From the IMG/VR virus record IMGVR_UViG_3300008107_000046, positions 10,722-74,721 of that record: a stretch of DNA of 64,000 nt, one strand, 5' to 3'. A program made the position numbers and the translations under genes. Under the pieces are notes generated by a model. That model did not search any database, had not been told where the DNA came from, and worked only from the letters and a program-made list of their open reading frames with translations. Shown piece after piece: positions 47,362-57,283 of the stretch. Positions within the stretch are counted from its first letter, which is position 1, and every line of letters begins with the position of its first letter. This stretch comes from a virus.

Positions 47362-47784
47362 ATGGACGAAAATTATTATTCACTGTTTCCAGAAAAAAGA
47401 GTTTTAGAATTACAAAGAATTCAAAATATCATTGATAATACTCAGAAATTATGTGATCATTTGAATAAGGATTATTGTAATGAAACTCTAAGAATAAGTT
47501 CAAGATTAATTAGTTCTGGTGTTGATATTGAAAAAAATGAAACAATTATTGAAAATATAAATTCTGGAAACTTTCCAAAGTTCAGATATGAGGAAGGAAA
47601 AAAATATTATAAAGTAATACAAGATATTTCCACTGATAAAACACAGACCTATTGTTTTATTGATATGGAAACTGGAGAACTTTATAAACCAGCAACTTCA
47701 TCCTCCCCTTATAAAAATAAAGTTTATGATTTAGAAGAAACTATTTCACTTGCAGATTGGAGAGGGAATTATTTTAAATCATAA
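47362..47784 (+). CDS. Hypothetical protein, diverged paralogue of 51069-51506
   Basis: 'KY.KVI....CFID..TGE.YK.A....P.K...DL.....ADW.G.Y'. Confidence 0.6.
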   Translation: MDENYYSLFPEKRVLELQRIQNIIDNTQKLCDHLNKDYCNETLRISSRLISSGVDIEKNETIIENINSGNFPKFRYEEGKKYYKVIQDISTDKTQTYCFIDMETGELYKPATSSSPYKNKVYDLEETISLADWRGNYFKS

Positions 47785-47785
47785 C

Positions 47786-47845
47786 GTGTACCAGTTGCTT
47801 AACTGTCCACTGCCTCTTGACGGGGCATTTTTTATGCGTTATATT
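47786..47845 (+). promoter_or_regulatory. Early-type promoter with palindromic element (copy 3)
   Basis: GTACCAGTT-GCTT-AACTGTCCAC; TTGACG (47817), 17 nt, TATATT (47840). Confidence 0.75.
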
Positions 47846-47868
47846 ATGGAGGTAAATCAAACACAGAC

Positions 47869-48168
47869 ATGATTTCCCTTCCAAACTTCTCTGAGTATGC
47901 TGAAAGCGTTAATTCTGATGAAGAATTAAACGAGACTAACTACTGCGATCAGAAAGCAGTTACAATGGAATTTACTTTTGAAGAGCATGATCTTTTGAAT
48001 GATATTTTAAATCATTCTCTTGAAACAATTGATTTTGCTATTGGGTCTACTTTGATTTTTGATGCTTATGAACTTGATAAAGCGTCAGAAATTCGTAAGC
48101 GTTATGAAATGCTTGAGGGAATGAAAAAACGCTCATATGAACTTTGGTCAAAACGATTTGGTAACTGA
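47869..48168 (+). CDS. Early hypothetical protein
   Basis: First ORF after promoter copy 3. Confidence 0.6.
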   Translation: MISLPNFSEYAESVNSDEELNETNYCDQKAVTMEFTFEEHDLLNDILNHSLETIDFAIGSTLIFDAYELDKASEIRKRYEMLEGMKKRSYELWSKRFGN

Positions 48169-48292
48169 TTATGATTACAACTATTATGGCAGCGTTTGCC
48201 TTTGGTTATTGTGTTGCTGATATTGTTATCTGCATCAATAACAAAAAACGCGACAAAGAACTTTTGGAACAAATTCTTGGAGAATCTAAACG

Positions 48293-48481
48293 ATGAAAAC
48301 TTCTACTGCTCTTGGTGCTGCCTTTTTTCTAATTGTTCTTGCAACTGCTGGTCTCTTCTTTGAAGCATGGTTGCTTGGTCTCATTCTGTCTTGGTTTGGT
48401 GTATCCCTTTCCTTCTGGCAGAACTTTGCTATCATCTTCCTTGCTAACGCTATCTTTAAAACTAACGTATCTTCTAAATGA
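48293..48481 (+). CDS. Small membrane protein
   Basis: Almost entirely hydrophobic, 62 aa. Confidence 0.6.
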   Translation: MKTSTALGAAFFLIVLATAGLFFEAWLLGLILSWFGVSLSFWQNFAIIFLANAIFKTNVSSK

Positions 48482-48669
48482 AAAACGGATACACTCTCGT
48501 TGAACTGATGATTGTTGTTGCTATTGCTGGTATTGGATGTGCTATTTTGTTTGGCATTGCTACTGGCAATTCTGTAGTCCCAGGAAAACAAGCGTGTTTG
48601 AATGCTGGTGGAAAATGGTCTGAAGGTATTCAATACGGTCGTATTACTCAACTTTGTACTTATAATTGA
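48478..48669 (+). CDS. Mini type IV prepilin-like protein
   Basis: MKNG/YTLVELMIVVAIAGI class III signal with E at +5; two cysteines. Confidence 0.78.
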   Translation: MKNGYTLVELMIVVAIAGIGCAILFGIATGNSVVPGKQACLNAGGKWSEGIQYGRITQLCTYN

Positions 48670-48670
48670 T

Positions 48671-48988
48671 ATGAAACCTATTCTTGCTATTGTCGGCGGT
48701 GTCGTTGGTGTTGGTGCCCTTGCCTGGGGCCTTACCTATCACGAACTGATTTTTACGTCATTCTTTGCTCCTAAGTTTGAGAATGTTCGTAGGAACACTT
48801 TTGAACAGTCAAAGTCCTTCCGAACTGGTGCTGTTCAAGAACTGCAAAATATGCAGTTTGAATACATCAAAGCATCACCTGAACATAAGAAAGCACTTGC
48901 AGATATTATTCGGCATCGTGCTGTAGAAGTTCCTGCCGATGCTATGCCTTCTGACCTCCAATCCTTTATCTCTAATCTTCCTCAATGA
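48671..48988 (+). CDS. Membrane-anchored hypothetical protein
   Basis: N-terminal TM segment, then 'E.VRR.TFEQS.S'. Confidence 0.6.
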   Translation: MKPILAIVGGVVGVGALAWGLTYHELIFTSFFAPKFENVRRNTFEQSKSFRTGAVQELQNMQFEYIKASPEHKKALADIIRHRAVEVPADAMPSDLQSFISNLPQ

Positions 48989-49470
48989 AAACCATCGTTT
49001 CTGTTGCTGCACTTGCTGTTCTTGGTCTTACTCTGACTGGTTGTGAAATTGAACAAAATTCTGATGATACTCAGCGTTCCCAACAAGAGCGAATTCTGAA
49101 GGAAGGTACTGCTCAAAGTGGTATGCCTGCCATCAAGAACTTCCGTGAACGTAAGTTGCTGAAGCAGATTATTGAAATGCGTGACCAAGATGGTCTGGTG
49201 ACTTATACTTATACTGTTCCTGAAACTACTGGTCGTCCTGTGTTTCTGTGTAATTCTATTGGGTATGGTCTTCCTGCTGCCACTCAATACACTAATCCAG
49301 AGAAGTATGAATACACTGGCACAACTCTTCCACAGGCAGATCCTAATGGTCTCTTCTCTCCTGACAGTGCCGAAGGTACTTGGGTGATGTGTTCTGATCC
49401 TGATGGTAGTGGCAAAACCCGTCCTGTTTATGTTGAACCTCGCATTATTGTTTCACCTTTCAAACTTTGA
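48985..49470 (+). CDS. Putative lipoprotein
   Basis: Signal peptide with lipobox LTGC. Confidence 0.7.
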   Translation: MKTIVSVAALAVLGLTLTGCEIEQNSDDTQRSQQERILKEGTAQSGMPAIKNFRERKLLKQIIEMRDQDGLVTYTYTVPETTGRPVFLCNSIGYGLPAATQYTNPEKYEYTGTTLPQADPNGLFSPDSAEGTWVMCSDPDGSGKTRPVYVEPRIIVSPFKL

Positions 49471-49472
49471 TT

Positions 49473-49895
49473 ATGACTAAAGTAGTATATAACGCCAAAT
49501 ACGGTGGGTTCAGTCTGTCCCGTGAGGCGTGTCAACGTTACTGGGAACTTAAAGGTCAACAAGTTTGGATTGAAGATGGTGACTTCCTGGATATGTTCAC
49601 TGTTTGGTTGGTTCCGCCTGAAGAACGAGTAGTCAAATCAGAAAACTGGTATGATATTCCTACAGATGAACGTATTGCTTACAACCGAAAGTATAACGAA
49701 CAAACTTGGTATGACCGTAATGTTTCCCGTCACGACCCTATTCTTGTTCAAGTTGTAGAAGAACTGGGTGAGAAAGCAGACGGAATGTGTGCTAAACTTG
49801 CTATTGCTGAGGTCTCTGGTCCTTATCGTATTGATGAATATGATGGATATGAGACTGTCAAACAACCTGATGGTTACGATTGGATTACTCCCTGA
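49473..49895 (+). CDS. Conserved phage hypothetical protein
   Basis: 'KVV.N..YGGF.LS', 'RHDP.L..VVEELG..A.G..AKL...Y.I.EYDG.E'. Confidence 0.65.
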   Translation: MTKVVYNAKYGGFSLSREACQRYWELKGQQVWIEDGDFLDMFTVWLVPPEERVVKSENWYDIPTDERIAYNRKYNEQTWYDRNVSRHDPILVQVVEELGEKADGMCAKLAIAEVSGPYRIDEYDGYETVKQPDGYDWITP

Positions 49896-49914
49896 ACTTT
49901 ATTTGAGGTAAATT

Positions 49915-50322
49915 ATGACTCGTTACAATGACCCCAACACCCCTGTTGCTATCGTATTTGGTGCTGGATTTGTAGTTGTTGTTGCTCTACTATTCTTTGG
50001 TGGGCCACTCTACAATGTTTGGCAACAATCTCTTGCTGGTAAAGCAGAACTACAGAAGGCAGAGTATACTCGTCAGGTGGCAGTTCTTGAAGCACAAGCA
50101 AAGAAAGATAGTGCTCAACAACTTGCTGATGCTGAAATCATTCGTGCTACTGGTGTTGCTAAAGCAAACCAAATCATCGGTGATAGTCTGAAAGACAATC
50201 GTGAGTACCTCCAGTATCTGTATATCACTGGTCTTGAAGATGGTAGCAAGAATGGTAACGTGACCATCTATGTTCCTACTGAAGGTGGTATGCCCGTTCC
50301 TACTCTTCAAATGAACAAATGA
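49915..50322 (+). CDS. Membrane protein with SPFH/band-7-like coiled-coil tail
   Basis: TM segment plus Ala/Glu-rich coiled coil 'AE..RA.G.AKAN.II..SL....YL.Y'. Confidence 0.6.
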   Translation: MTRYNDPNTPVAIVFGAGFVVVVALLFFGGPLYNVWQQSLAGKAELQKAEYTRQVAVLEAQAKKDSAQQLADAEIIRATGVAKANQIIGDSLKDNREYLQYLYITGLEDGSKNGNVTIYVPTEGGMPVPTLQMNK

Positions 50323-50483
50323 TTGAATTTCTAATTGCAGCAGCGGTGTCTACTGCTCCCATGGACCGTTCGGAACAGATTAATCGGTTCTGTGCTTATG
50401 TAGTGGGTATTCCATATGCTAGTGATAACTTCACAGACGAGGAATGGGAACGGTTCAAATATTGTAGAGAAAATCTTCAGTAA
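50319..50483 (+). CDS. Hypothetical protein (54 aa)
   Basis: ATGA overlap; signal-like N-terminus. Confidence 0.45.
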   Translation: MIEFLIAAAVSTAPMDRSEQINRFCAYVVGIPYASDNFTDEEWERFKYCRENLQ

Positions 50484-50509
50484 TTCATTATCTTAATTTA
50501 AATCTAATT

Positions 50510-50989
50510 ATGGCAACCTGGAAAGCAGACGTATTTGTTAATTCTCAAGTTGGTAGGATTACTACAGAAGTTGAAGCATCAACTTTTCAAGGAGCACAGC
50601 AACAAATCTATGCTAAACATGGTGATGTCCAACAAATCACAAATCTTCGTCAAGTAAGAAATTCAAATTCATCTAGTTCATCTTCTAGTTCTGATGTTGG
50701 AGGAACTGTTGCTCTTGTTGGATTAATTGCTGTTGGATGGGCATTTGTTTCTTTTACTCCATGGATTTTAATGGGAGTTGGTGGAGCATTTGGTACTTGG
50801 ATTGGTCAACTTGCAACTGGTCAAACAGTAGAAGAATATGCGGAAAGTAATTCTGATACTGGGCATACTAAAGCAGCAATTACTTTGGCACTAGCACTTC
50901 TTCTTGGTGGAATTGGGTTTGTTCAGGGAAATGAAATCAAAAAAGGATTTGATGTTCCTGATGCTCCTCAAACTCAACAGGTGAAGTGA
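50510..50989 (+). CDS. Membrane protein
   Basis: Soluble N-domain, Ser-rich linker, 2-3 TM segments. Confidence 0.6.
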   Translation: MATWKADVFVNSQVGRITTEVEASTFQGAQQQIYAKHGDVQQITNLRQVRNSNSSSSSSSSDVGGTVALVGLIAVGWAFVSFTPWILMGVGGAFGTWIGQLATGQTVEEYAESNSDTGHTKAAITLALALLLGGIGFVQGNEIKKGFDVPDAPQTQQVK

Positions 50990-51044
50990 CAGTTTAGATA
51001 GTGGCACACTTTGGGTTCTCAGTGCCCTGAGAACCCTTTATAAT
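50986..51044 (+). promoter_or_regulatory. Early-type promoter with palindromic element (copy 4)
   Basis: GTGACAGTT-TAGA-TAGTGGCAC; hairpin GGGTTCTCAG/CTGAGAACCC; TATAAT at 51039-44. Confidence 0.72.
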
Positions 51045-51068
51045 ATCAAAGTAATCAACGGATCACTC

Positions 51069-51506
51069 ATGACCACCACCTTCGCTGAATACGCCGCTGC
51101 TGCTGAGGCACAGAAGAACATTGCAGAAGCAGTTCTAGGGCATACCTATGCTCTTTGTGAGGCACTGAGGCAGAATTACATTGATTATTCTATTCGCAGT
51201 CATCAAAAGTTCATTGCTGATGCTGATACTCACAACTATCACAAAGAACAGATTGCTAAACTGAAGCAAGGTATTAGTGATTATGAGTTCTATCCTGAGA
51301 CTGGTAGAAAGTATCACAAAGTTATTATGAGCGCAAATGGTTCGCGCAGTGTGCATTGCTTCATCGACAAGAAGACTGGTGAAGTTTACAAGTCTGCATC
51401 TTGGAAAGCACCTGCTAAAGGTGTTCGCTTTGACCTTCGCATCATCAATCAACGTGAATGGTTGCTTCAACACGCCGATTGGGCAGGTGGTTATCTTTAT
51501 AAGTGA
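51069..51506 (+). CDS. Conserved cyanophage early protein
   Basis: 'GRKYHKV....SVHCFIDKKTGEVYKSASWKAPAKGVRFDL...ADWAGGYLY'. Confidence 0.7.
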   Translation: MTTTFAEYAAAAEAQKNIAEAVLGHTYALCEALRQNYIDYSIRSHQKFIADADTHNYHKEQIAKLKQGISDYEFYPETGRKYHKVIMSANGSRSVHCFIDKKTGEVYKSASWKAPAKGVRFDLRIINQREWLLQHADWAGGYLYK

Positions 51507-51663
51507 TGAATGAATTTACTTTTCGCCAAATCATGTTTCTTTTACATAAAGATTCTTCAGATCAAGCATATGATGCAATGGAATATTTTTTCTATGAGTA
51601 TCTTCCAGATGATGTAGATCCTGATGTTACACTAATTGATTATCTTGATTCTATGATGTATGT

Positions 51664-51837
51664 ATGACTAATCAACAACTAAGAAGTGAGCTTGATTTTA
51701 TTCTGTATGCATTGGGCGAAACTCTTTGCTATGCTGAAGCAGATCCAGATTGTGATGTGGATGAAATTCCAGAACTTGTGTTTGATGCACAAAAAAGACT
51801 TTTGAATCTTCGTTCTTTTTTCAATGACAAAGACTGA
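51664..51837 (+). CDS. Hypothetical protein (57 aa)
   Basis: MTNQQLRSELDF..., + strand ORF below the track cut-off. Confidence 0.4.
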   Translation: MTNQQLRSELDFILYALGETLCYAEADPDCDVDEIPELVFDAQKRLLNLRSFFNDKD

Positions 51838-51928
51838 CAAACTGATCTTTATGGGATCATTCATTTGGTTAATGCATTGGGGTGTACGGGTTGTTGAAGA
51901 GTTGTTAAAATAAATAAAAGTAAAAAAT

Positions 51929-52975
51929 ATGAACACCCTAAGAGTAAAAGTTCCGAGGAGTGATAAAAATTATGGAATATCTTTAGGTGATTCATTACAA
52001 AGATGGTATCAGGCATATTATTTGGTACAAAAATCTGGTTTAAATTGCAAGATAATTCTTCAAGAACAAGATTGGCCAGAATTAAATTTTATATCTTTAC
52101 CGATTACTGAAACAAGAAAAACCGATATTACTAAAAATGCACAAAAGATTGATCTTGACTGTGTAATAAAATTATTAGTAGATAATGATTATAGTGTATT
52201 AAAAGATTATGATAATTGGTATATTGAAGATTGGTTTTTCTTTAATAATATATTTGAATATTATATTGATGATAATTTAATTAACGAAAAACTTTATTTT
52301 TACAAAGATATTCAAAAAGATTATTTAAATTTAGTTAGATTTAACGATAATGAAATCAATGACTTTTTTGATGAACAATTTAGTGATATTATTTCACTTC
52401 ATTTTGAAAGAGATTTTGATATTAGGATAACACAATATGATGTAATGTCATTTCCTGATGATGTTAGAATGAAATTTTATAAAGATTATCTTACTAAAAG
52501 AGTGCAGTATAGAGGGGTTAAAGAGAACATATACTATCCAAATTTTATATCTGATATAGAATATTATGGTATAATAGAAGAATGTTTAGAATATGAAATT
52601 AATCAAAATTTTTATATAAGCACATCTTCACAAATAGAATTTTTTCAAAATTATAAAGAAAGATACAGAAACATAAAAAATAAATTTGATTATATTGACA
52701 TATTTTTAAAACTATTGGTTGAAAAATATGGGAAAAATTCTATAAAGGATTTAACTGTAATTTATAGGTTATTTGATCTGTTTGTCTTATTGAAAAGTAA
52801 ACTTGTAGTACAACCTCATTCATCACCATTTGCTAAATTTTCTACACAAAATGAGAATGCGAGAGAATTAATTTTACCAGTTAAATACGGTAAATATAAG
52901 TCTAAGTCTATAAGAAAAGTTTATAATGGGAAATTTAAGTATGCTGAATTAAATATATTAGAAAATTTCACTTAA
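51929..52975 (+). CDS. Fucosyltransferase-like (GT11/GT23-fold) glycosyltransferase
   Basis: 'SLGD.L', 'ISLHFER', 'FYIST', 'DLFVL...K.V....S.F'; preceded by TAAATA at 51911. Confidence 0.55.
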   Translation: MNTLRVKVPRSDKNYGISLGDSLQRWYQAYYLVQKSGLNCKIILQEQDWPELNFISLPITETRKTDITKNAQKIDLDCVIKLLVDNDYSVLKDYDNWYIEDWFFFNNIFEYYIDDNLINEKLYFYKDIQKDYLNLVRFNDNEINDFFDEQFSDIISLHFERDFDIRITQYDVMSFPDDVRMKFYKDYLTKRVQYRGVKENIYYPNFISDIEYYGIIEECLEYEINQNFYISTSSQIEFFQNYKERYRNIKNKFDYIDIFLKLLVEKYGKNSIKDLTVIYRLFDLFVLLKSKLVVQPHSSPFAKFSTQNENARELILPVKYGKYKSKSIRKVYNGKFKYAELNILENFT

Positions 52976-53897
52976 ATGAAAACTATTACAGTCATTACAC
53001 CAAAATCAAATAATCTGGATGGATCTATAGGTAATAGTATATTCATGTGGGCGCAAGCATATTACTTAAATTATAAATGCAATTTTGAATACAAAATAAT
53101 ATTAGATTATTCTACATGGTCTGAATTGAATTTGGTTGAATTTCCATATACAGAACTAGGAAACATTGAAATTTCGGCAAATTATCATATAATTGATTGT
53201 AATTTGATAAAAGAAGTTTTATTGAATAATAATATAAAAAATTTCATAAAACATGATCATTTAGTTATCGATAAATGGTATATTTTTGATAATAATGTGA
53301 TATTAGATGATGATCAAAAAAAGATTAATTTTACTTATGATGATATAGATCCAATAAGTTTAATTAAATTCAAAGATGTTGCTTTGGAAGATTTTTTTAG
53401 AAAAGAATTTTCTGACTTCATATCAATTCATATCAGAAGATATCACGGTGTAATAATTTCTGAATCAAATTTAACAACATTACCAGAAGAAATACAGTAT
53501 GATTTTTATTGTCAGTATCTAAATGATTGTAAAATATATTACAATAATTGGCCAACTGCTTCATATAAACATCCTTTTATTGATGATAAACAGTTTTATA
53601 AAGTAATTGACACTGCATTAGGGTTTAATAAAAACCAAAAATTTTATATTAGTACAGATATACCAAAAACTTATTATAGATACTATTTTGATAAATATCA
53701 AAACATATTTGACAAATACTCTTATCTTAAAACATTTATCTAATTCTAAATTACTTGTTAGATCATATATGTCTTCGTGGAGTATTGTTGCAAAACGATT
53801 AAGAAATACCCCTAGTATAATACTTCCTTTATCTGACAAATATAATTTGTCAACAAAGACACAGCATCTCAATTCAATTATAAAGAGTGTTATGTGA
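52976..53897 (+). pseudogene. Frameshifted GT11-like glycosyltransferase (ORF 52976-53743 plus C-terminal remnant in another frame)
   Basis: 'SIGN', 'ISIHIRR', 'FYISTD', then a stop. 'LSNSKLLV.S..SSWS' continues in a different frame, and the DLF-containing segment is missing. Confidence 0.6.
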
Positions 53898-53950
53898 CAC
53901 TTTTAAAAGTGTCTACTGATGTGGTTTTTAGAAAATTCTGACCTTATACT
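53894..53950 (+). promoter_or_regulatory. Early-type promoter with palindromic element (copy 5)
   Basis: GTGACACTT-TTAA-AAGTGTCTAC; TATACT at 53945-50. Confidence 0.7.
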
Positions 53951-53973
53951 AGTGGGGTAGTCAACCAAACTTC

Positions 53974-54438
53974 ATGTACTACCTGGACATCAGCGGTTAC
54001 GGATACCGTAAAAGGGTCTGTGAGAGCGTTGTAGACTGGTTTATGAACCGATACCTGCCACGACATCACGTTGGTATTCGTCTGGTTCATCGTGGTCTAA
54101 AGCGCGAATTGGTTTATGGATGGTGTGACTTTGAAGACGACTACAAGCGTCCTCGTTCATTCTTGATTGAACTCCAATCACACATGGAGCAAGAAAATTA
54201 CATTAAAACCTTGATCCATGAGTTAGTTCATCTTCGTCAATGGGTTCTTGGTGATCTCCGCCAAAAACGGGGTAAAACTTATTATGGATCAACTGATGTT
54301 GATGAACTCGATTATGAGGACCAACCTCATGAAATCGAAGCAAGAGAGCAAGAAGAAACTCTCTACATCACTTATCTGATCGAAACTGGTCAGATGTTCC
54401 CCCAAACAAAATCGTTCCCACCATCTTCTCTGAGGTAA
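53974..54438 (+). CDS. HEXXH zinc metalloprotease-like protein
   Basis: 'TLIHELVHLRQ' and 'Y..QPHEIEA'. Confidence 0.72.
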   Translation: MYYLDISGYGYRKRVCESVVDWFMNRYLPRHHVGIRLVHRGLKRELVYGWCDFEDDYKRPRSFLIELQSHMEQENYIKTLIHELVHLRQWVLGDLRQKRGKTYYGSTDVDELDYEDQPHEIEAREQEETLYITYLIETGQMFPQTKSFPPSSLR

Positions 54439-54444
54439 TTAACA

Positions 54445-55044
54445 ATGAAAAAATATGACCCAAATGAATATCTTCTTGAAAATCTTCTTCCTCGTATTCT
54501 TGCTATAAAACCTGTTACTGATGAAAGTGATATTTTTGAATGTCTTGGTGGAGATCCTGAACTGACTTCACAAGCATCTTGTCGAATTCAATTTGGAAAT
54601 CAAATTGAAAGTTTTGGTAATAAAGTAATTTCTGACGTTACTACAAATTTGCTTGAGGAATCTAATTATGTTATTATTGGTGGTAAAAAGCGACAAGTAG
54701 ATCATCTTTTTATTACTAAAGGTGGTGTTATTTGCTATCTTGAAAGTAAATGTAATCTTAATTTTGACAGCGAAAAAGTAATAATGAGTAATGAAAAAGT
54801 TAAAATTCTTGCAGAAAAGTTTGGAAATATAGTACCATATTACTTTGTTCCTGTCAGGAGACAACCAAGAAGGAAACATGTGGTAAAATATAAAAAAGAA
54901 GGTATTGAGGTTGTTGGTATGGAATGGTTATCAAATCAAATTGATCTTCCATTTGAAGTTGATCATTATTTTACCTTTCTTAAAGATGTTTGTGGTCCAA
55001 TTATGGAGGAAAAGGGTATGATTCTTAAGGATTTGAGGAAATGA
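54445..55044 (+). CDS. Putative PD-(D/E)xK restriction endonuclease
   Basis: 'G..IE...RQVDHLF......YLESK.NLNFDSEK'; ATGA-coupled to the methyltransferase. Confidence 0.55.
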   Translation: MKKYDPNEYLLENLLPRILAIKPVTDESDIFECLGGDPELTSQASCRIQFGNQIESFGNKVISDVTTNLLEESNYVIIGGKKRQVDHLFITKGGVICYLESKCNLNFDSEKVIMSNEKVKILAEKFGNIVPYYFVPVRRQPRRKHVVKYKKEGIEVVGMEWLSNQIDLPFEVDHYFTFLKDVCGPIMEEKGMILKDLRK

Positions 55045-55895
55045 AACCTATAATTAAATATCAAGGTGGCAAATCTCGTGAAATTAAATTCATCAAGGAG
55101 ATTATGCCACCCTCTTACAATCGAATTATCGAACCTTTCTGTGGAGGGGCAGCAGTGTCCTTCCATTTTGGTGTTCCAGCAATCCTTTCCGATGTCAATT
55201 GGCAAGTAATTAACCTTTATGGTCTTGTTGCAAGTCCAGTTTACGAAGATCTTCAACGATTTGTAGATCAAGTGAAGACATTTGATCATGATCAGTTAGA
55301 AAAACTGTTTTATCATTCACGAAGCGTGATCAACGATCAAAAGTCCCACAGTCCATTTGAAAATGCAACCGCATACATTATTGTAAGGCAACTGTGCTTC
55401 AGTGGCATGGAACGTTATAGTAGCAAGGGTGAATTCAATGTTCCCTTTGGACATTACAAGACATTTTCTTGCAATCTATCAAAAGAGCATCATGACTTCT
55501 TACTAAAATGTAAGATTTCTCATGCTTCTTTTGAGCAGTGTTTCAAATACGATACTGAGAATGACTTTATCTTCATTGATCCACCTTATCTTGACCGCCT
55601 TGGTTATACCACTGGTGATGGTGGTTTAAACCTACACGAAGAACTTCTAGGTTGCCTCAAGACAACATCTGCAAAGTGGATGATCGTTCATTCCGATCAT
55701 GAATTCTATCGTGATAGTTATAAGGATTATAATGTCATGACAAAGGATTTCTTATATTCTCAACGCTTTGGTAGAGGTAAGGATCATAGTGGTGCAAGTG
55801 TGCAGCATTTGTATATCACAAACTACGATGCTGTGCCAGGTAACAAACTGGTACAACAGGTTGCCAATCCACTAGCAGATGTCCTATACTCATAG
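55041..55895 (+). CDS. DNA N6-adenine methyltransferase (Dam/D12 class)
   Basis: 'KYQGGKS', 'EPFCGG.AV', 'G.FNVPFG', 'FIDPPY'. Confidence 0.9.
   Translation: MKPIIKYQGGKSREIKFIKEIMPPSYNRIIEPFCGGAAVSFHFGVPAILSDVNWQVINLYGLVASPVYEDLQRFVDQVKTFDHDQLEKLFYHSRSVINDQKSHSPFENATAYIIVRQLCFSGMERYSSKGEFNVPFGHYKTFSCNLSKEHHDFLLKCKISHASFEQCFKYDTENDFIFIDPPYLDRLGYTTGDGGLNLHEELLGCLKTTSAKWMIVHSDHEFYRDSYKDYNVMTKDFLYSQRFGRGKDHSGASVQHLYITNYDAVPGNKLVQQVANPLADVLYS
55832..55890 (+). promoter_or_regulatory. Early-type promoter with palindromic element (copy 6, inside the MTase 3' end)
   Basis: TGTGCCAGGT-AACA-AACTGGTACA; TTGCCA (55861), 18 nt, TATACT (55885). Confidence 0.68.
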
Positions 55896-55911
55896 TAGTT
55901 AATCATTCATC

Positions 55912-56757
55912 ATGTATCAAGGTTCCGTAAAGTTCATTTACAAAAGCAAAGAAATTATACCGACATATAGTTCTACGTTTCCAGAACTTATTCCTGATGA
56001 AACAGTGACTGTTCAAAGTGATTGTTATGATCTTAACATTCACCAGTATTTTGAACTATTCAAGAAATTTGTTAGTGCTCTTGGTTTCGATGAGAAAAAC
56101 ATTGTAAAAGGTGCTTGCCACCTTGCTTTCAATGAATCTAATAAAGAAGATGTGATGCGAGAAATCGCAGAAGAATATGATCTGATCATGTCTGAAGATC
56201 TTCCTGGCATCATGGAGGATCGTTTAAAGCAAGAGAAAGAATGGTTAGAACAGAATAAATCAGAACCAGATGTTTGGGAAAAACGTTATTGGCAATTGTA
56301 CAATCGTTTTTGTAAGTTTGCACGGTTTACTGATGATGAATTGGATCAGATGGTAAAGGATACTATGCCTCCTTGGGGTCATAGTGATATGGAAGCACTT
56401 AAGTATACTGATGCAGAGATGAACGCCATGTGCGACAAAGCAGCATCTGATGAAGAGAAACGAAAATGTCAAGAGTATAATCTACGTGAGGCAGAATATT
56501 ACAATAATGACAAAGTTGCATCAAATAGTATGACTTGGGATCAAGCAATTGCTGACGGATGGGAAATGACTGCAGATGGATTTTGGATCAAAGAATCTAA
56601 GAAACCACTAAATCCTTGGAATGGTTTAATTCCTGGTTCTTCTGAAGCAAGAGATGCTGGATGTTTGTGTCCAGTGATGGATAATGAAGAAATGCCTGTA
56701 GATAAAAAATGGGTTGATGTTGAATGTCCCATTCATGGTAGAAAGAAGAATGACTAA
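55912..56757 (+). CDS. Hypothetical modular early protein
   Basis: 281 aa; C-terminal 'PGS.EA...GC.CPV.DN......W....CP.H' Cys/His module. Confidence 0.6.
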   Translation: MYQGSVKFIYKSKEIIPTYSSTFPELIPDETVTVQSDCYDLNIHQYFELFKKFVSALGFDEKNIVKGACHLAFNESNKEDVMREIAEEYDLIMSEDLPGIMEDRLKQEKEWLEQNKSEPDVWEKRYWQLYNRFCKFARFTDDELDQMVKDTMPPWGHSDMEALKYTDAEMNAMCDKAASDEEKRKCQEYNLREAEYYNNDKVASNSMTWDQAIADGWEMTADGFWIKESKKPLNPWNGLIPGSSEARDAGCLCPVMDNEEMPVDKKWVDVECPIHGRKKND

Positions 56758-56920
56758 TTATGACATGATGATTGATGCAGTGGTAAATCAAATTTACTTG
56801 CTGTATAATCAAACAGATAGTTGGAATGAACAACTATCTAAGGAAACTGCCCATCGTATTCTTCAAATTATAGAAGAATACAAAAGTAAATAAATTATTA
56901 ATGTAATTTGCAAAAAACAA

Positions 56921-57103
56921 ATGAAATGGATCTGTAAAGCAATGACCTCAGACACATATCTTGCTGCTGATGGTGGTTGGGTTCCTCTGCAATCCGATGC
57001 AAAACTTTTCACAACAGAGGAAAAGGATGAACTCAATCAAACAAAATACAAAATCCTTGAAAGATTTTGGGATAATATGTGGATCCCTATGGGGGATGAA
57101 TGA
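56921..57103 (+). CDS. Hypothetical protein
   Basis: 60-aa ORF. Confidence 0.5.
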   Translation: MKWICKAMTSDTYLAADGGWVPLQSDAKLFTTEEKDELNQTKYKILERFWDNMWIPMGDE

Positions 57104-57231
57104 AAGAAAACACTAAGTTTATTCTTGCCCTGATGCAGGTTGAAAACATTAGCAACCTTGTAAAGGATAATGAATATGAACAATTTTTCATTTCTCATTT
57201 AATTCCAATTAAAGTTGAACTTGAAAGACAA

Positions 57232-57260
57232 TTGACAAACCTGAACCATTCACTTAAAAT
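57232..57260 (+). promoter_or_regulatory. Sigma70-type promoter
   Basis: TTGACA (57232), 17 nt, TAAAAT (57255). Confidence 0.6.
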
Positions 57261-57283
57261 CAAGGAGTAATTTAAAACAAGAA

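Noticed and set aside
53720-53760. Programmed ribosomal frameshift joining the two glycosyltransferase frames
   Set aside because: A shift would not restore the missing conserved DLF-containing segment. Deletion or assembly error is the simpler explanation.
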